Assembly (NCBI GenBank): GCA_051313645.2
Contig: JBNRSN020000026.1
Coordinates: 8,618,001 to 8,682,000 of the forward strand
DNA from: Centroscyllium fabricii
Taxonomy: Eukaryota
Reading direction: 5' to 3'
Length of the DNA: 64,000 nt
Shown piece by piece: positions 12,381-24,280 of the stretch. Below the pieces are notes generated by a model. It did not search any database and had not been told where the DNA came from. It worked only from the letters and a program-made list of their open reading frames with translations. Position 1 is the stretch's first letter; every line of letters starts with the position of its first letter. The position numbers and the translations under genes were made by a program.

Positions 12381-13198
12381 ATGATGTGGAGGTGCCAGTG
12401 TTGGACTGGGGTGGACAAATGCAAGAAATCACACAACACCAGGTTATAGTCCCACAATTTTATTTTAAATCACAAGCTTTCGGAGCGCTGCTCCTTCGTC
12501 AAGTGAAGTTGGTCCAAAGAAAGCACATATGCAAGGGAGAGAGAAATCTGATCTCTCCCACATCTCGCCTTAGCAAAGAGACAAACAGAGCAGACAAAGG
12601 TGTATTAACATATTTTAACATATCAGTCTGAGATCAATGAGGCACAGTCACAAAGGGTGCAGTCCTCTTGTCTGTGCGAAAACACACAGAATGATTTAAA
12701 AAAAAGGAATTTCCTTACAAGACAAAGATGTCTCTAGTCTGGATGACTCTGCGTCAGGCAGGATCACATGTAGCGTGACATGAAGCCGATATCACGGTTG
12801 AGGCCGTCCTCATGGGTGCGGAATTTGGCTATCAGCCTCTGCTCAACGATTTTGCGTTGTCGTGTGTCTCGAAGGCCGCCTTGGAGAATGCTTACCCGAA
12901 GATCAGAGGCTGAATGTCCTTCACTGCTGAAGTGTTCCACAGACTGCAGCATTTGACCCTTTGTGACTGTGCCTCATTGATCTCAGACTGATATGTTAAA
13001 ATATGTTAATACACCTTTGTCTGCTCTGTTTGTCTCTTTGCTAAGGTGAGATGTGGGAGAGATCAGATTTCTCTCTCCCTTGCATATGTGCTTTCTTTGG
13101 ATCAACTTCACTTCACCTGACGAAGGAGCAGCGCTCCGAAAGCTTGTGATTTAAAATAAAACTGTTGGACTATAACCTGGTGTTGTGTGACTTCTTGC
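12381..13198 (-). mobile_element. Penelope-like element, 5'-truncated, with inverted terminal duplication
   Basis: GIY-YIG C-terminus EHFSSEGH...EQRLIAKFRTHEDGLN (12764-12952); 12420-12658 is inverted at 12956-13198; 13-bp TSD acaaatcYatgct (12368-12380, 13199-13211). Confidence 0.9.
13113..13149 (+). ncRNA. Minimal type I hammerhead ribozyme motif (Penelope terminal repeat)
   Basis: tcac-CTGACGA-a-ggagc(agc)gctcc-GAAA-gc-TT-gtga: both core boxes, helix I, helix II and palindromic AAGCTT. Confidence 0.8.
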
Positions 13199-13323
13199 AC
13201 AAATCCATGCTGATTGCCCTTGATTAATCCATGCCTTTCTAAATAACAATTAATACTGTTCCTCCGAATTTTTTTCAATAATTTGTCCACCACCAAGGCT
13301 AGGCTGACTGGCCCGTAATTACT

Positions 13324-16300
13324 GGTGGGAGTTGGTGGGAGTAATAGACTCCTAACAGCAGCAACACTGTAGGACAGAGTATAAATCAAGAAATAATGGG
13401 GGCTTGTAAGAGAGGTAACTGAAATAATCATGGGCGATTTTAATCTTCAAATGGATTGGACAAATTAAAGTGGCTAAGGTAGCCTTGAGGATGAGTTCAT
13501 AAGAGTGTATTTGGGACGGTTTCTTAGAACAATATGTTGTGGAACCAACCAGGGAAGAGGCTATTTTAAATCCGGTCATGTGTAATGAGACAGGATTAAT
13601 TAATGATCTGACAGTAAAGGATCCTCTAGGGAAGAGTGATCATAACATGATAGAATTTCACATTCAGTTTGATGGTGAGAAACTTGGGTCTGAAACTTAA
13701 ATAAAGACAATTACAAAGGTATGAAGACACAGATTGCTAAAGTGGACTGGGAAAACAGATTAAAAGGTAGGGCAGTAGATAAGCAGTGGCAGACATTTAA
13801 GGAGATATTTCATAACTCTCAACAAAGATATATTCCAGTGAGAAACAAAGACTCTATGAGAAGGATGAAGCATCTGTGGCTAACTAAGGAAATTAAGGAT
13901 GGTATCAAATTGAAAGAAAAGGTGTACAATGTTGCGAAGATTAGTGGTAGGTAGACCAGAAAATTGGGATATTTTTAGAAACCAGCAAAGGATGATTAAA
14001 AAAAGAATAAAGAGGGAGACAATAGATGATGAGAGTAAACTAGCAAGAAGTATAAAAACAATAAAAACAGACAGCAAGAGCTTCTACAAGTATAAAAAAC
14101 AGAAGAGAGTAGCTAAAGTAAACATTGGTACCTTAGAGGATGAGACTGGGTAATTAATAATGGGAAACAAGGAAATGGCTGAGACTTTGAACAAATATTC
14201 TGTATCTGTCTTCACAGTAGAAGACACTAAAAGCATCAAGTGGATAATCAAGGGGCAAAAGGGAGGGAGGAACTTAAAGCAATCACTATCACTGGAGAAA
14301 AAGTACCAAGCAAACTAATGGGACTAAAGGCTGACAAGTCCCCTGGGCCTGATGGCCAGCATCCTATGGTCTTAAAAGAAGTGGCTGCAGAGATAGTGAA
14401 TTCTTTGGCTGTAAACGTCCAAAATTCCCTAGATCCTGGAAAGGTCCCAGCAGATTGGAAAACTGCAAATGTAATGCTCCTATTCAAGAAAGGAGGGAGA
14501 CAGAAAGCAGGAAACTATAGGCCAGTTAGCCTAACATCTGTCCTTAGGAAAATGCTGGAATCCATTATTAAGGAAGTAGCAGCAGGATATTTCAAAAATC
14601 ACAATAAAACCATATTGAATCTGCTTGATTGTATGAAAGGGAAATCATGTTTGCCAAATTTATTAGAGTTCTTTTGAGGATGTAACAAGCAGGGTGAATA
14701 AAGGGGAACCAGTGGATGTGGTGTATTTGTATTTCCAAAAGGCATTCGATAAGGTGCCACATAAAAGGTGGCAAGATACGAGCTCACGGTGTTGGGAGTA
14801 ATGGGCCCTGTCTTCCTGTGGCCGGATTGCTGCGGGTGCGTGCAGATTTGCACCTGTCCGAGATTTTTTATTTTTTTATCTGCTGGACTTCCTGTGTGAA
14901 ATGTCGATTTTTTTTCGTGGGCAGGGGTCTGGTTTTTTTTGGTGCGTAGTGCTTTGTGCGTTGGTCGGGTGCAGGACACGCCCCGAGGTCGGCTTTTTGA
15001 GACCACGCCCCCACAGAACGCACAGATCAAAGAAAATCAAGTGTTCAACTAAAGAAAAGAACAGGTAAGGAAGAAGTTTTTCTTTGTTTTTTTTCCAGTT
15101 TGTAGGAAGCTGGTCTTACAGCTTGTAAAGCTGATGGTTTTTATATTTTTTGGTGATAGGTCAAATATCGGCGATTTCAACCCCTCGCAGCTCTCAGCTG
15201 AAACAGCTCAGCTCTCAGCTGGAATCGCGCAGAAATCGGCGATTTTTTAACTATCACCAAAAAATATATAAAGCTTCATGTTTGTGGTCTTACAGCTTGT
15301 AAATCTGATGGTTTATATTTTTTTTGTGATAGTTTAAAAAATCGGGAATTTGAACAGCTCAAATTCCCGATTTTTTAAACTTTCACAAAAAAATATATAA
15401 ACCATCAGATTTACAAGCTGTAAGACCACAAACATGAAGCTTTATATATTTTTTGGTGATAGTTAAAAAATCACCGATTTCTACGCGATTCCAGCTGAGA
15501 GCTGAGCTGTTTCAGCTGAGAGCTGCGAGGGGTTGAAATCGCCGATTTTTGACCTATCACCAAAAAATATAAAAACCATCAGATTTACAAGCTGTAAGAC
15601 CACAAACAAATATCGGCAAAGGAATAATTTAAAAAAAAACTTTAAACCTGTTTTTTTCACTTCTCAAACCTGCCTGCACTCTCTTAAGACTGGTATTTAC
15701 GTGGGCAGAAAAATGGAGGCTTCCCCACGTTGTACACCTGAATTTTGAGCATCAGAGTACAGGAAGTCTGCAGCTCAAAGTGCTTCGTGGGGAGGAAGCT
15801 GAAGCCCCTTGCCCATCAGCACAGGAAGTTCACGTTTCTGGTAAGCACCTGAGCTGCCTCCCCACGAAGCATTTTCGTGGGGGGGCAGCTCTTCTGGAGC
15901 ACAGGAAGACAGGGCCCAATATATTAGCATCGATAGAAGATTGACTAACTAACAGAAAACAGAGAGTTGAGATAAATGGGTCAATTTCAGGTTGGGAAAA
16001 TGTGAGGTTATCCACTTTGGTAGGAAGAATAGAAAATAAAAATATTATTTAAATGGAGAGAGACTACAGAATGCTGCGATACAGAAGGATCTGGGTGTCC
16101 TCATACATGAAACACAAAGTTAGCATGCATGTCTAGCAAGTAATTAGGAAGGCAAATGGAATGTTGGCAGGGGGGTGGAGTATAAAAGTAGCCAAGTCTT
16201 GCTACAACTGTAGAGGGCATTGGTGAGACCACACCTGGAGTACTGCGTACAGTTTTGGTCTCCTTATTTAAGGAGGAATGTACTTGCATTGGAGGCAGTT

Positions 16301-16790
16301 CAGAGAAGGTTCACTAGGTTAATTCCTGAGATGAAGGGGTTGTCTTATGAGGAACTGTTGAGCAGGTTGGGCCTATACTCATTGGAGTTTAGAAGAACAA
16401 GAGGTGATCTTATTGAAACATATAAGATTGTGAAGGGGCTTGACAGGGTAGATTGAGAGAGGATGTCTCCCCCCATAGGAAATCTACAACACGGGGCAAA
16501 GTTTCAGGATAAGGGGTCGCCCATTTAAAACAGAGATGAGGAGGAATTCTTCTCTCAGAGGGTCGTGGATCTTTGGAATTCTCTACCCGAGAGAGCTGTG
16601 GAGGCGGAGTTATTGAATATATTCAAGGCTGAGATAGACAGCTATTTGAGCTACAGGGTAGTCAAGCGTTATGGGGAACAGGCAGGGAAGTGGAGTTGAG
16701 GCCAAGATCAGGTCAGCCATGATCTTATTGAATGGCAGAGCAGGCTCGAGAGGCCGAATGGTCTACTCCTATTTTTTATGTTCTTATGTT
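13324..16790 (+). mobile_element. CR1 LINE, 5'-truncated, with internal deletion, split by a MITE
   Basis: KADKSPGPDG, GNYRPVSLTS, RPHLEYCVQFWSPY; ttatgttc-repeat tail near 16790. Confidence 0.9.
14803..15917. mobile_element. PIF/Harbinger-type MITE containing a long internal palindrome
   Basis: Perfect 18-bp TIR gggccctgtcttcctgtg; 3-bp TSD AAT (14800-14802, 15918-15920); CR1 is continuous once it is removed. Confidence 0.9.
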
Positions 16791-17039
16791 CTCAGTCTAT
16801 CTCTTTCTCCCTTTTTGAACAATGGTACAACATTAGCAGTCCTCCAGCAGAGAGGATTGGAAAATGAGGGTCAGCTATTTCAACTCTTGCTTCTCTGAAC
16901 AGCCTGGGTTACGTTTCATCCAGGCCTAGTCATTTATCTACTTCAAAGATGCAAAAACCCTTTTCGTTTCCCCTCTCACTATGTTTCTCTGATTTACTAT
17001 TTCACACTCCTCAACTCGAGAATCGGAAGTACTATATCA

Positions 17040-17925
17040 AAACGTGCAGATGACACCAAATCGGGGGTATATTAAATACTGATGAACAAAATAAAAGACA
17101 TTAACAAACTTGCAAAATGAGCATATAAATGGCAAATTAATTTCAAATAGGCAAGTGTGAGGTGGTGCATTTTGGTAGGAGGAATAAGGAGGCCAACTAC
17201 TCCTTGGAAAATAAGAGTTTAAATGGGGTAGAGGTGCAAAGGGATCTAGGGGTTCAAATTCACACATCACTAAAGGCAGCAACACAGGTTAACAAAGTCA
17301 TAAAAAGTGCAAAAAAGCACTGGAGTTTATTTTTTTTAAGAGGAATGGAATTGAAAAGCAGAGAAATTATGTTAAACTTATATAGAACGTTGCTTAGACC
17401 ACACTTGGAGTACTGTGCATCGTTCTGGTCTCCATATTACAAAAAGGATATGGAAGCATGGTGAAAGTGGTTTAACAAGGATGATACCGGAACAAAGAGG
17501 GTGCAACTATCAGGAAAGATTGAACAGGCTGGAGCTCTTTCTCTAAAAATAAGACTGAGAGATGACTTGACAGAGGTCTTCACAATTATGAAGCGGTTTA
17601 CGAGGCTGCAGAGAAGATGTTTCCACTTGTGGAGGAGTCCAAAACAAGGTGCCATGAATACAGCATAATCACTAACAAATCCAATAAGGAATTCAGGAGA
17701 AACTTGTTTACTCAGAGAATGGTTATAATGTGGAACTCACTATCACATGGAGTGGTGGTGAACAGCATTGATGCATTTACAGAGAAGCTAGGTAAGTACA
17801 TGTGGGAGAAAGGAATAGAAGGATATGTTGATGAAGTAAAGTAGGAGGCGACTCAGGTGGAGCACAAACATCAGCTTAGACCTGTTGGGCTGAATGGCCT
17901 GTTTCTGTGCTGTAATTTCTATGTA
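17040..17925 (+). mobile_element. Old CR1 3' fragment
   Basis: HFGRRN, QRDLGVQI, RPHLEYC..WSPY. Confidence 0.85.
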
Positions 17926-18393
17926 ATGGCTCCAAGTTAACATCCCAAATTTCATGAGTTCAATCCAATTGAATGGAACCGGTTCACACTTTAGGAAAAC
18001 AAGATTCAAAATATAGTTTTTAAATTAAAATTAGATTAAACAATTTTTGGACAGCTTATAAAATATGCACACAAACCTAAAGTTGCTATACCAGGTTCAT
18101 TCATAATTAACATTCATAATATTGCAGCAATTGTAGCCTTGCTGTTCAGTCTGCATTTCATTACAGATGAGTATGTTGCTCCAGTAACTACAGTAGTTAC
18201 ATACACTACTGTCTGCAATGAAGTGTACATTGCAGCATTCTTTAGAAGCAGAAAATTAGGTTGCACTACTGTACAATTATAGCATAACACACAGTTCAAC
18301 AGTATTAATCCCACTGAGTCTTCTAAACAGGATTGAGTTTTCAAGTACGTTTTTCTTCGTAGTTTCACTCAATTTATGCAAACTCTACAACAT

Positions 18394-18425
18394 TTAGGCT
18401 TTCTTCTTTGGATATGTTTGTGCAC
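18394..18425 (-). CDS. Putative terminal coding exon of an unidentified host gene, (G)AQTYPKKKA*
   Basis: cag acceptor, phase matches the donor at 23863, ends in TAA, lies in unique AT-rich DNA; short, so weak support. Confidence 0.45.
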
Positions 18426-19059
18426 CTGATTACTAGATACCAGGACAAAAACATACTGTACGGTAGTTTTATAGTAAAGCTCCAGTGATTAGTACTTAAT
18501 AATGTATAGCACAGCCTTGAACATTTTTATTTCTCGATCGTGTCTCTTTCTAATAGTGCAACGCAAAACAGTTCATCACATTGCCTTGAGTTCATATTCA
18601 ATGTTCCTTGCTCCAAGTAGGTAGTAAAGCAACTCAAGCCACAGAATCAGCCAGTTCTGCTCTCAACTCATCCGTAGATTAAGGTACACATGGTAAAAAT
18701 GAATTACTTAATTCTCAGAATTTTCTTCCCACACTCACTAAATAGCTCCAGCACAGATAAGAAGTTATGGTGTGCAGAATCACAGGACTAAAATTGACGC
18801 ATGTCTTTTAAATAAAGACACCGATATAAGGCTAGAGCATAGTGTGTATTTCATATGAATGACAGGAACTCTCAAAACTGACTAAATATTAATTAAAATG
18901 TCATGGAAAGGCAGCAGCAAGTTAAGTTGCTTTTACACTATATAAGTGCAGCACACAGAGAAACCCAATCTCTCACCGTCAACTGCACGCCAGTGTAAAT
19001 AAACAGTTCCCTATCCCAACATTGTATACCCACGAAAACATGAGGCTACAATTCTACTG

Positions 19060-19300
19060 TCAGGATAAGACATCCTGCTCCAGGAATTCTCAGGCACATG
19101 CCCTGGCCAACAATTCTTTGCTATCCAACCCGATAAAAAAAGTTAACTAGTCCTTCATCCCATTTCTTTGTTTGTGGGAACTTGCTGTGTGCTATTAGCT
19201 GATGCATTTGCCTGCAGTGACTGCACATCAAAAGTAGTTCATTTGTGGTAAGTGCTTTAGGATGGAAGATGCTGCAGAAATGCAAGTTTCTTCCTTCTTT
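19060..19300 (+). mobile_element. Highly decayed DeuSINE-like fragment
   Basis: gtttgtgggaacttgctgtgtgc...aaatgcaagt resembles 22095-22390. Confidence 0.55.
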
Positions 19301-19397
19301 CTAATCTAAGTGCAAGGAGCCACCCCTGTGCATTTGCTGATGCCACACTCTCAAAACTGGATGCTAGCAGCAAAAATAATAATAGATTCACAATAAT

Positions 19398-20130
19398 GGG
19401 CCAGAAATTCCAGTCTGCCCATATCGGGTTTCAGCTCTGGTGCGAGCGCACCAGAGCTTAAACCCGCAGGAAGCAGCCGGTTTTTTGGGTTTTCCTATGC
19501 CAGCCAGCTCCTGCGAGGTAAAGCGCAGGAAGCAGCGAACTACGGGTGTGTCCAGACATTCCGATTAAAAAAAAAAGTTTTTCTACGGACCAAGACCAGG
19601 ATATTCTACACTGGGAAAAAGCAGTCGTAAGTATCCGTTTTTATCTGGTAAGTGTGTATTTTATTGATTTTAATTGTTGTTTTTTCAGGTTTTTAATTGT
19701 TGTTAACTTTAAAAAGTATTTTTTTTAGACCTGTTGGAAGTTGAAAACTTTTTCTGTAAATTTTTATTTTTTCTTTAAAATAGGTTATTTGTGTTAGTTG
19801 GGGTAATGTTAAAAAAATGTGGTGTTTGTAAAATTTTATTTTTGTGTTTAGATGTCTTTTGAGATTCTCCCTTTTCAAAACTCGCAGATTTCTCTGTGGA
19901 AGTTTTGAACGGAGAATTGGTTCCACTGATTGGCTCCCTGCTAATCAGGTGGTCTCAAAAGCCATCTCACACTAATTACGCCCTTCAGATGCCCATGAAG
20001 CTCGCATGGAGCTCTGACAAGCTGGGCTAACTGCAATTTCTGAGTGCAAAAAAGCAAACCTGATTATGGGCAGTTCAAGTGCGTTAAGCAGGTACTGCAC
20101 CCGCACGAAGGCTCCACTGCAATTTCTGGA
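19398..20130. mobile_element. Non-autonomous TIR element, copy 2 of the 2692-3426 family
   Basis: Colinear with copy 1 and shares the same left TIR. Confidence 0.75.
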
Positions 20131-20423
20131 TTATTTGTGCAGAAAGGACTAAGATTAGCAGAAAATATTAAAAGGGAAAACAACAACTCTTCCAATGGCT
20201 GAATAAGTAAATCTGCTGCCAGTATGAAGTGAGATAAACAGACCAGGAAGGTCCTAGGTTGAATATCTGTAACATTGTGGAGGAGGCTAATCTGTCAGAG
20301 CAGCAACAGGGATGTTGGTGTTGGTTCCCTTGGACAAGGGAGCAGGAAAACCACGTGCCATCCTTTGTGTGCCTCATTACTGTCCAGTGACTCCAGCTGG
20401 AAAGCTCATGTGTGAGGGCAGGA

Positions 20424-20747
20424 ATAACAACAGAAAACGCTGGAGAAACTCAGCAGGCCAGGCAGCATCGGTGAAACAGAGTTAACGTTTCAGGTCAATG
20501 ACCTTTCATCAGAACTGGAGAAGCCGGGAGGGGTGATAGATTTTAAAGCTTGTGGGGGGGGTGCCGAAAGAACAAAGGAAAGATCAGCGACAGGCTAGAA
20601 GGCGGGGAAGGTAAGAGATATTAGGAGAAATTGAAGGAACACAGGATGGCTCTGGATAGGTGTGAACGGCTCTGGCAGAGTAAAGAAAAAAAAAGAGAAA
20701 AAAACCCAGACGAAAGTGGATTAAAAAAGGGAGAACATACGTATTAT
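20424..20747 (-). mobile_element. Penelope-like 3' terminal fragment (second family)
   Basis: 13-bp TSD tgtgagggcagga (20411-20423, 20748-20760); contains a hammerhead motif. Confidence 0.78.
20481..20515 (-). ncRNA. Minimal type I hammerhead ribozyme motif
   Basis: Minus strand gtt-CTGATGA-a-aggtc(att)gacct-GAAA-cg-TT-aac, with palindromic AACGTT. Confidence 0.8.
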
Positions 20748-22094
20748 TGTGAGGGCAGGATCAGCTTCAGCTTCAATATTCTTACCAGTCACAGGGTATG
20801 CCCATACTTACTGTCTATGCTCATACATGAATACTAGTCACTTGGGCATGTGATTGGATAGCCAGACCAGCACAAATCGGGAGTCACTGTATAGAGGGAA
20901 GAATAATGGAGATGGACGGAAATCCTTCTTTTGCTGAAAAGTTCAAAAATTGAAAATGATGTACACAAATGTAGTATGGTAATTGGATTTAAAAAAACTG
21001 AACTCTCCCATTGCAGCAAAACTGGTTAGGTTTCTTCTCTGCAAGGGTGAATATTGTATTTCAAACAATTATACTTCAGTGATTTTCAAGGACACTACTA
21101 ATCTAATTTACAAAATGTCCCATTCCATTCATGAATAATATTATGCAGCCTTGTTACGACTGTTCTTCAAAGGAGAAAAGTTTGTAACTCTACAAAATTA
21201 AAACACAATTATAGTTCATTATCCATTGCATGTGAAGGAAAGCACATACAGTAACTCATTATACACTGCAGGATTCTCATGCGTCCATTAAAATCAAATA
21301 GCATTACAATAAAACAAATGTAAATTTGTAGAATCTCACATTACATGCAAGTCCAACGAACTAAAGATCCTCCGTTTACCCTGCCTTAAATTCCTCTGCT
21401 TTCAGAGTAAATAAATCAAGACACAACAGCTTTCTCATCATTGTACCATTGCAGGATTTGATATTTATATATAAAAAGATATATATATAAGTCACATTAT
21501 ACAACTTACATTTCTGCAATAAGACCTTCAGCCTTCAGTCCAAGATTCAGTACTATATGTCAGTGATTCAGCAGTACAACAAATAAAACATCTTTTGAGG
21601 AAAAATATTTACGAAAGTGAAATCATAAAAATATTAAATGCTAGTCTAAATCGAAATCTAAAGATGAAACTTGCCAAACTGCTGCTTGAATTGAGTTTCA
21701 TTCTTGGAACATTTCCCCTCCTCCCTCTTTCCTTCTTCCACAATACAGGCACTGTGTGCTTTGGAGAACTATTTGAATAAACCTCAATTATATCATCATC
21801 GCACACAGGTGACTATGAATCACCTGCATAAACTGAGCCAAAATCAACCGTCAGACAAGAGTTTTTTTTTTGCTCAACACACATTGGCAGTGCCTTTTAA
21901 TATTTCAACAGGGATAATCTTTTTAGTGAAATAATTCTCGAGCAAGAGACCCTGGAACAGTCCAAAACATCACCCCACCCATGTAGTTGCATAACATTTG
22001 GTTTAAAAACTGGGATCTCAAAATTTCCTCCACGGAGGTATGATTTCCCCCTTACTATTTGGGAGGAAGTTTAACTTCCACGTTAAATAAATTT

Positions 22095-22390
22095 GCTCTT
22101 AGCAAGGCCCCGTCTGCTCTCTCAGGTGAATGTAAAAGATCCCATGGCACTATTTCAAAGAAGAGCAGGGGAGTTCTGGCCAATACATATCCCTCAACCA
22201 ACATCACTAAAACAGATTGCCTGCTCATTATCTCACTGCTGTTTGCGGGAGCTTGCTGTGCACAAATTGGCTGCTACATTTCCCACATTGCAACTGTGAC
22301 TCCACTTCAAAAGTACTTAATTGGCTGTAAAGCGCTTTGAGACGTCCGGTGGTCATGAAATGCGCTATATAAATGCAAGTCTGTCTTTCT
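22095..22390 (+). mobile_element. DeuSINE (SacSINE1/AmnSINE1-like) body and tail
   Basis: gtaaaagatcccatggcactattt...gcttgctgtgcacaaattggctgc; tail gcgctatataaatgcaagt shared with the L2 ends in this window. Confidence 0.75.
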
Positions 22391-23169
22391 TGGGGAAAAT
22401 TCCCTGGGTGGTCAGGTAATAGTCTACTTCTGGGGTGTTCCTCTCATTCTTTGTTCAGAGAATTTGTCTGGGGCCGTTGGTGAATATTTTTGTCAGGGTA
22501 TCAATCTCAATGTTCTTACAAAGACTTCTAAGGCACAAGTCTTGATAGAAAGAAATGTAAGCTCCCAGAAACCTAGTTTTAAAAGTTTAACAGTATCCTG
22601 CAAGGAGCCAGATCCAGATCCAACACCATTTTGTCACGAAACACTGTACCTTTGAGGTTTGCATGAACTGGCAACATTCAGAGGCAGGCAAAGTTTCTGA
22701 TGTAATAAAATTACTTGTACATCACATACAATTGCATTAAAACCATATTTTTAAGACTAATAGACAAAGTGGTCAATAGATGACATTATGGGCTTTTAAC
22801 ACTCGCAGCTCAGTCACTATGAATTGCAGGAACCCAGCTCCTCTATGCCAGCCCCATTAAGACACATGTAACTGGTTAGAAGCTCTGTTAACTGTGGTAG
22901 AACCAATCATTAATCTGGAAGAGAGTGTCCCTGAACTACATGCCAATGGGCCAGTTGGTGTAAGGGACAGAAGAGCTGCAAATCTGAACTTCTGTGGCCA
23001 ATGGGGATTCATAAGAACATCTAAATCTTATTCATTATCCATGCTATGGAAAGAAATCTTTAAAGTTTACAGAAATCTCCTCCATCATAGATTAACATAC
23101 TGTCTAGAGTTATTGCCCAGTCATCACTGAATCTGGAGCAAATCTCTGGTTGCTTTTTGTTCTTGTACA

Positions 23170-23560
23170 TATCCATGAGTATTTGCATGAATTTGGCTCG
23201 TCTTCCCTTGAGTATAGGAGATTGAGGGGTGATTTAATTGAGGTGTTTAAGATCTTAAAAAGAATTTGATAGTGTAGATACAGAGAAGCCATTTCTTCCA
23301 GTGAGGGAAATCAAGAACAGGGGGACCATAACCTTAAAATCAGAGCTAGGTCATTCAGGAGCAAAGTCAGGAAGCTCTTTTTCCACACATAGGGTAGTAG
23401 AAATTTGGAACTCTCTTTTCCCAAAAGGCTGTGGATGCTAGAACAGTTGGAGCTTTCGACTGAGGTAGATAGATTTTTGTTCGATAAGGGTATCACGGGA
23501 TATGGAGTAAAGGCAGGCAAATGGTGTTGAGGTGCAGATTAGCCATGATCTAATTGGATC
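23170..23560 (+). mobile_element. CR1 3' fragment
   Basis: RLRGDLIEVFKI-type sequence and a CR1-like 3' UTR. Confidence 0.8.
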
Positions 23561-23862
23561 CTGACTGTTGTGGTCATTTGCATCTTGTTCTGAACCCCTG
23601 CAAGATATTAACCGGACAGGGCCACTAAATTCAACTCTGACTAGTGCCATATATGCATAACATATGGCAACATGCCGGAGAGTAAATTCCACCCTGCTCG
23701 TTGAAACAGGGACAAGCTGTTTTGCAGTTCTGCTATATAAGGGTTCTTGAAATGGCGCATTATTTAAGAATAAACTGCCTGAAGTTCATTTGTTTACGTG
23801 CAGTGTTGTAGAGAAGATCCGATACAATTACCCAAGGCTCCCCTCCAGATTGATATCCTTAC

Positions 23863-23962
23863 CATCTGCTGCACGGTGATCTACAAACAACATCTGTAAT
23901 GGCAGCAGCTCTTCCGATGAAGTAAAGATTACCACATCATGAAGTTTCATATTTCCAAGTCT
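23863..23962 (-). CDS. Putative host coding exon, RLGNMKLHDVVIFTSSEELLPLQMLFVDHRAAD
   Basis: tcccttccag acceptor, G|gtaagg donor, 100 nt open; phases match both neighbouring exons. Confidence 0.7.
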
Positions 23963-24280
23963 CTGGAAGGGATATAGGCATAGGGCTGGATTTTGTCATT
24001 GGGGCCGGGCTGGGGGCATGTCAGGTGGTGGGCGTGTCAGGTGGTCAGCGTATCAAGACCCCCGCCTCCAATGTGAGGTGGGAGAAAAGTGTGATTTTGC
24101 CCTAACTGGGCACTTGATTTCCAGCGTGTGGGAACCCCTGGCCCAATGAGTCTTTTGATACTGAAATTCGCCTCCGATGACGTCATCTATGCAGCTGGAT
24201 TTAAGGCTTGCAAGCAGCCTTGGTTCTTTTTCAGCCTTACATCTTTATCAACATACTTCTGAGGGATTCTTACTGCCACT

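Larger units (their letters stand above)
11124..13323 (-). mobile_element. CR1 ORF2 fragment hosting a SINE and a Penelope insertion; resumes at 16791-17010
   Basis: DFNKAFDKVPH, GVPQGSVL, KFADDTK, RPQLEY; ggcccgtaattact (13323) joins cagtctatc (16792), as in the paralogous copy at 5980/6335. Confidence 0.88.

Noticed and set aside
21609-23030. Other candidate minus-strand exons in unique DNA (~21609-21806, ~22650-22698, ~22860-23020)
   Set aside because: No convincing pair of splice sites with a recognisable peptide.
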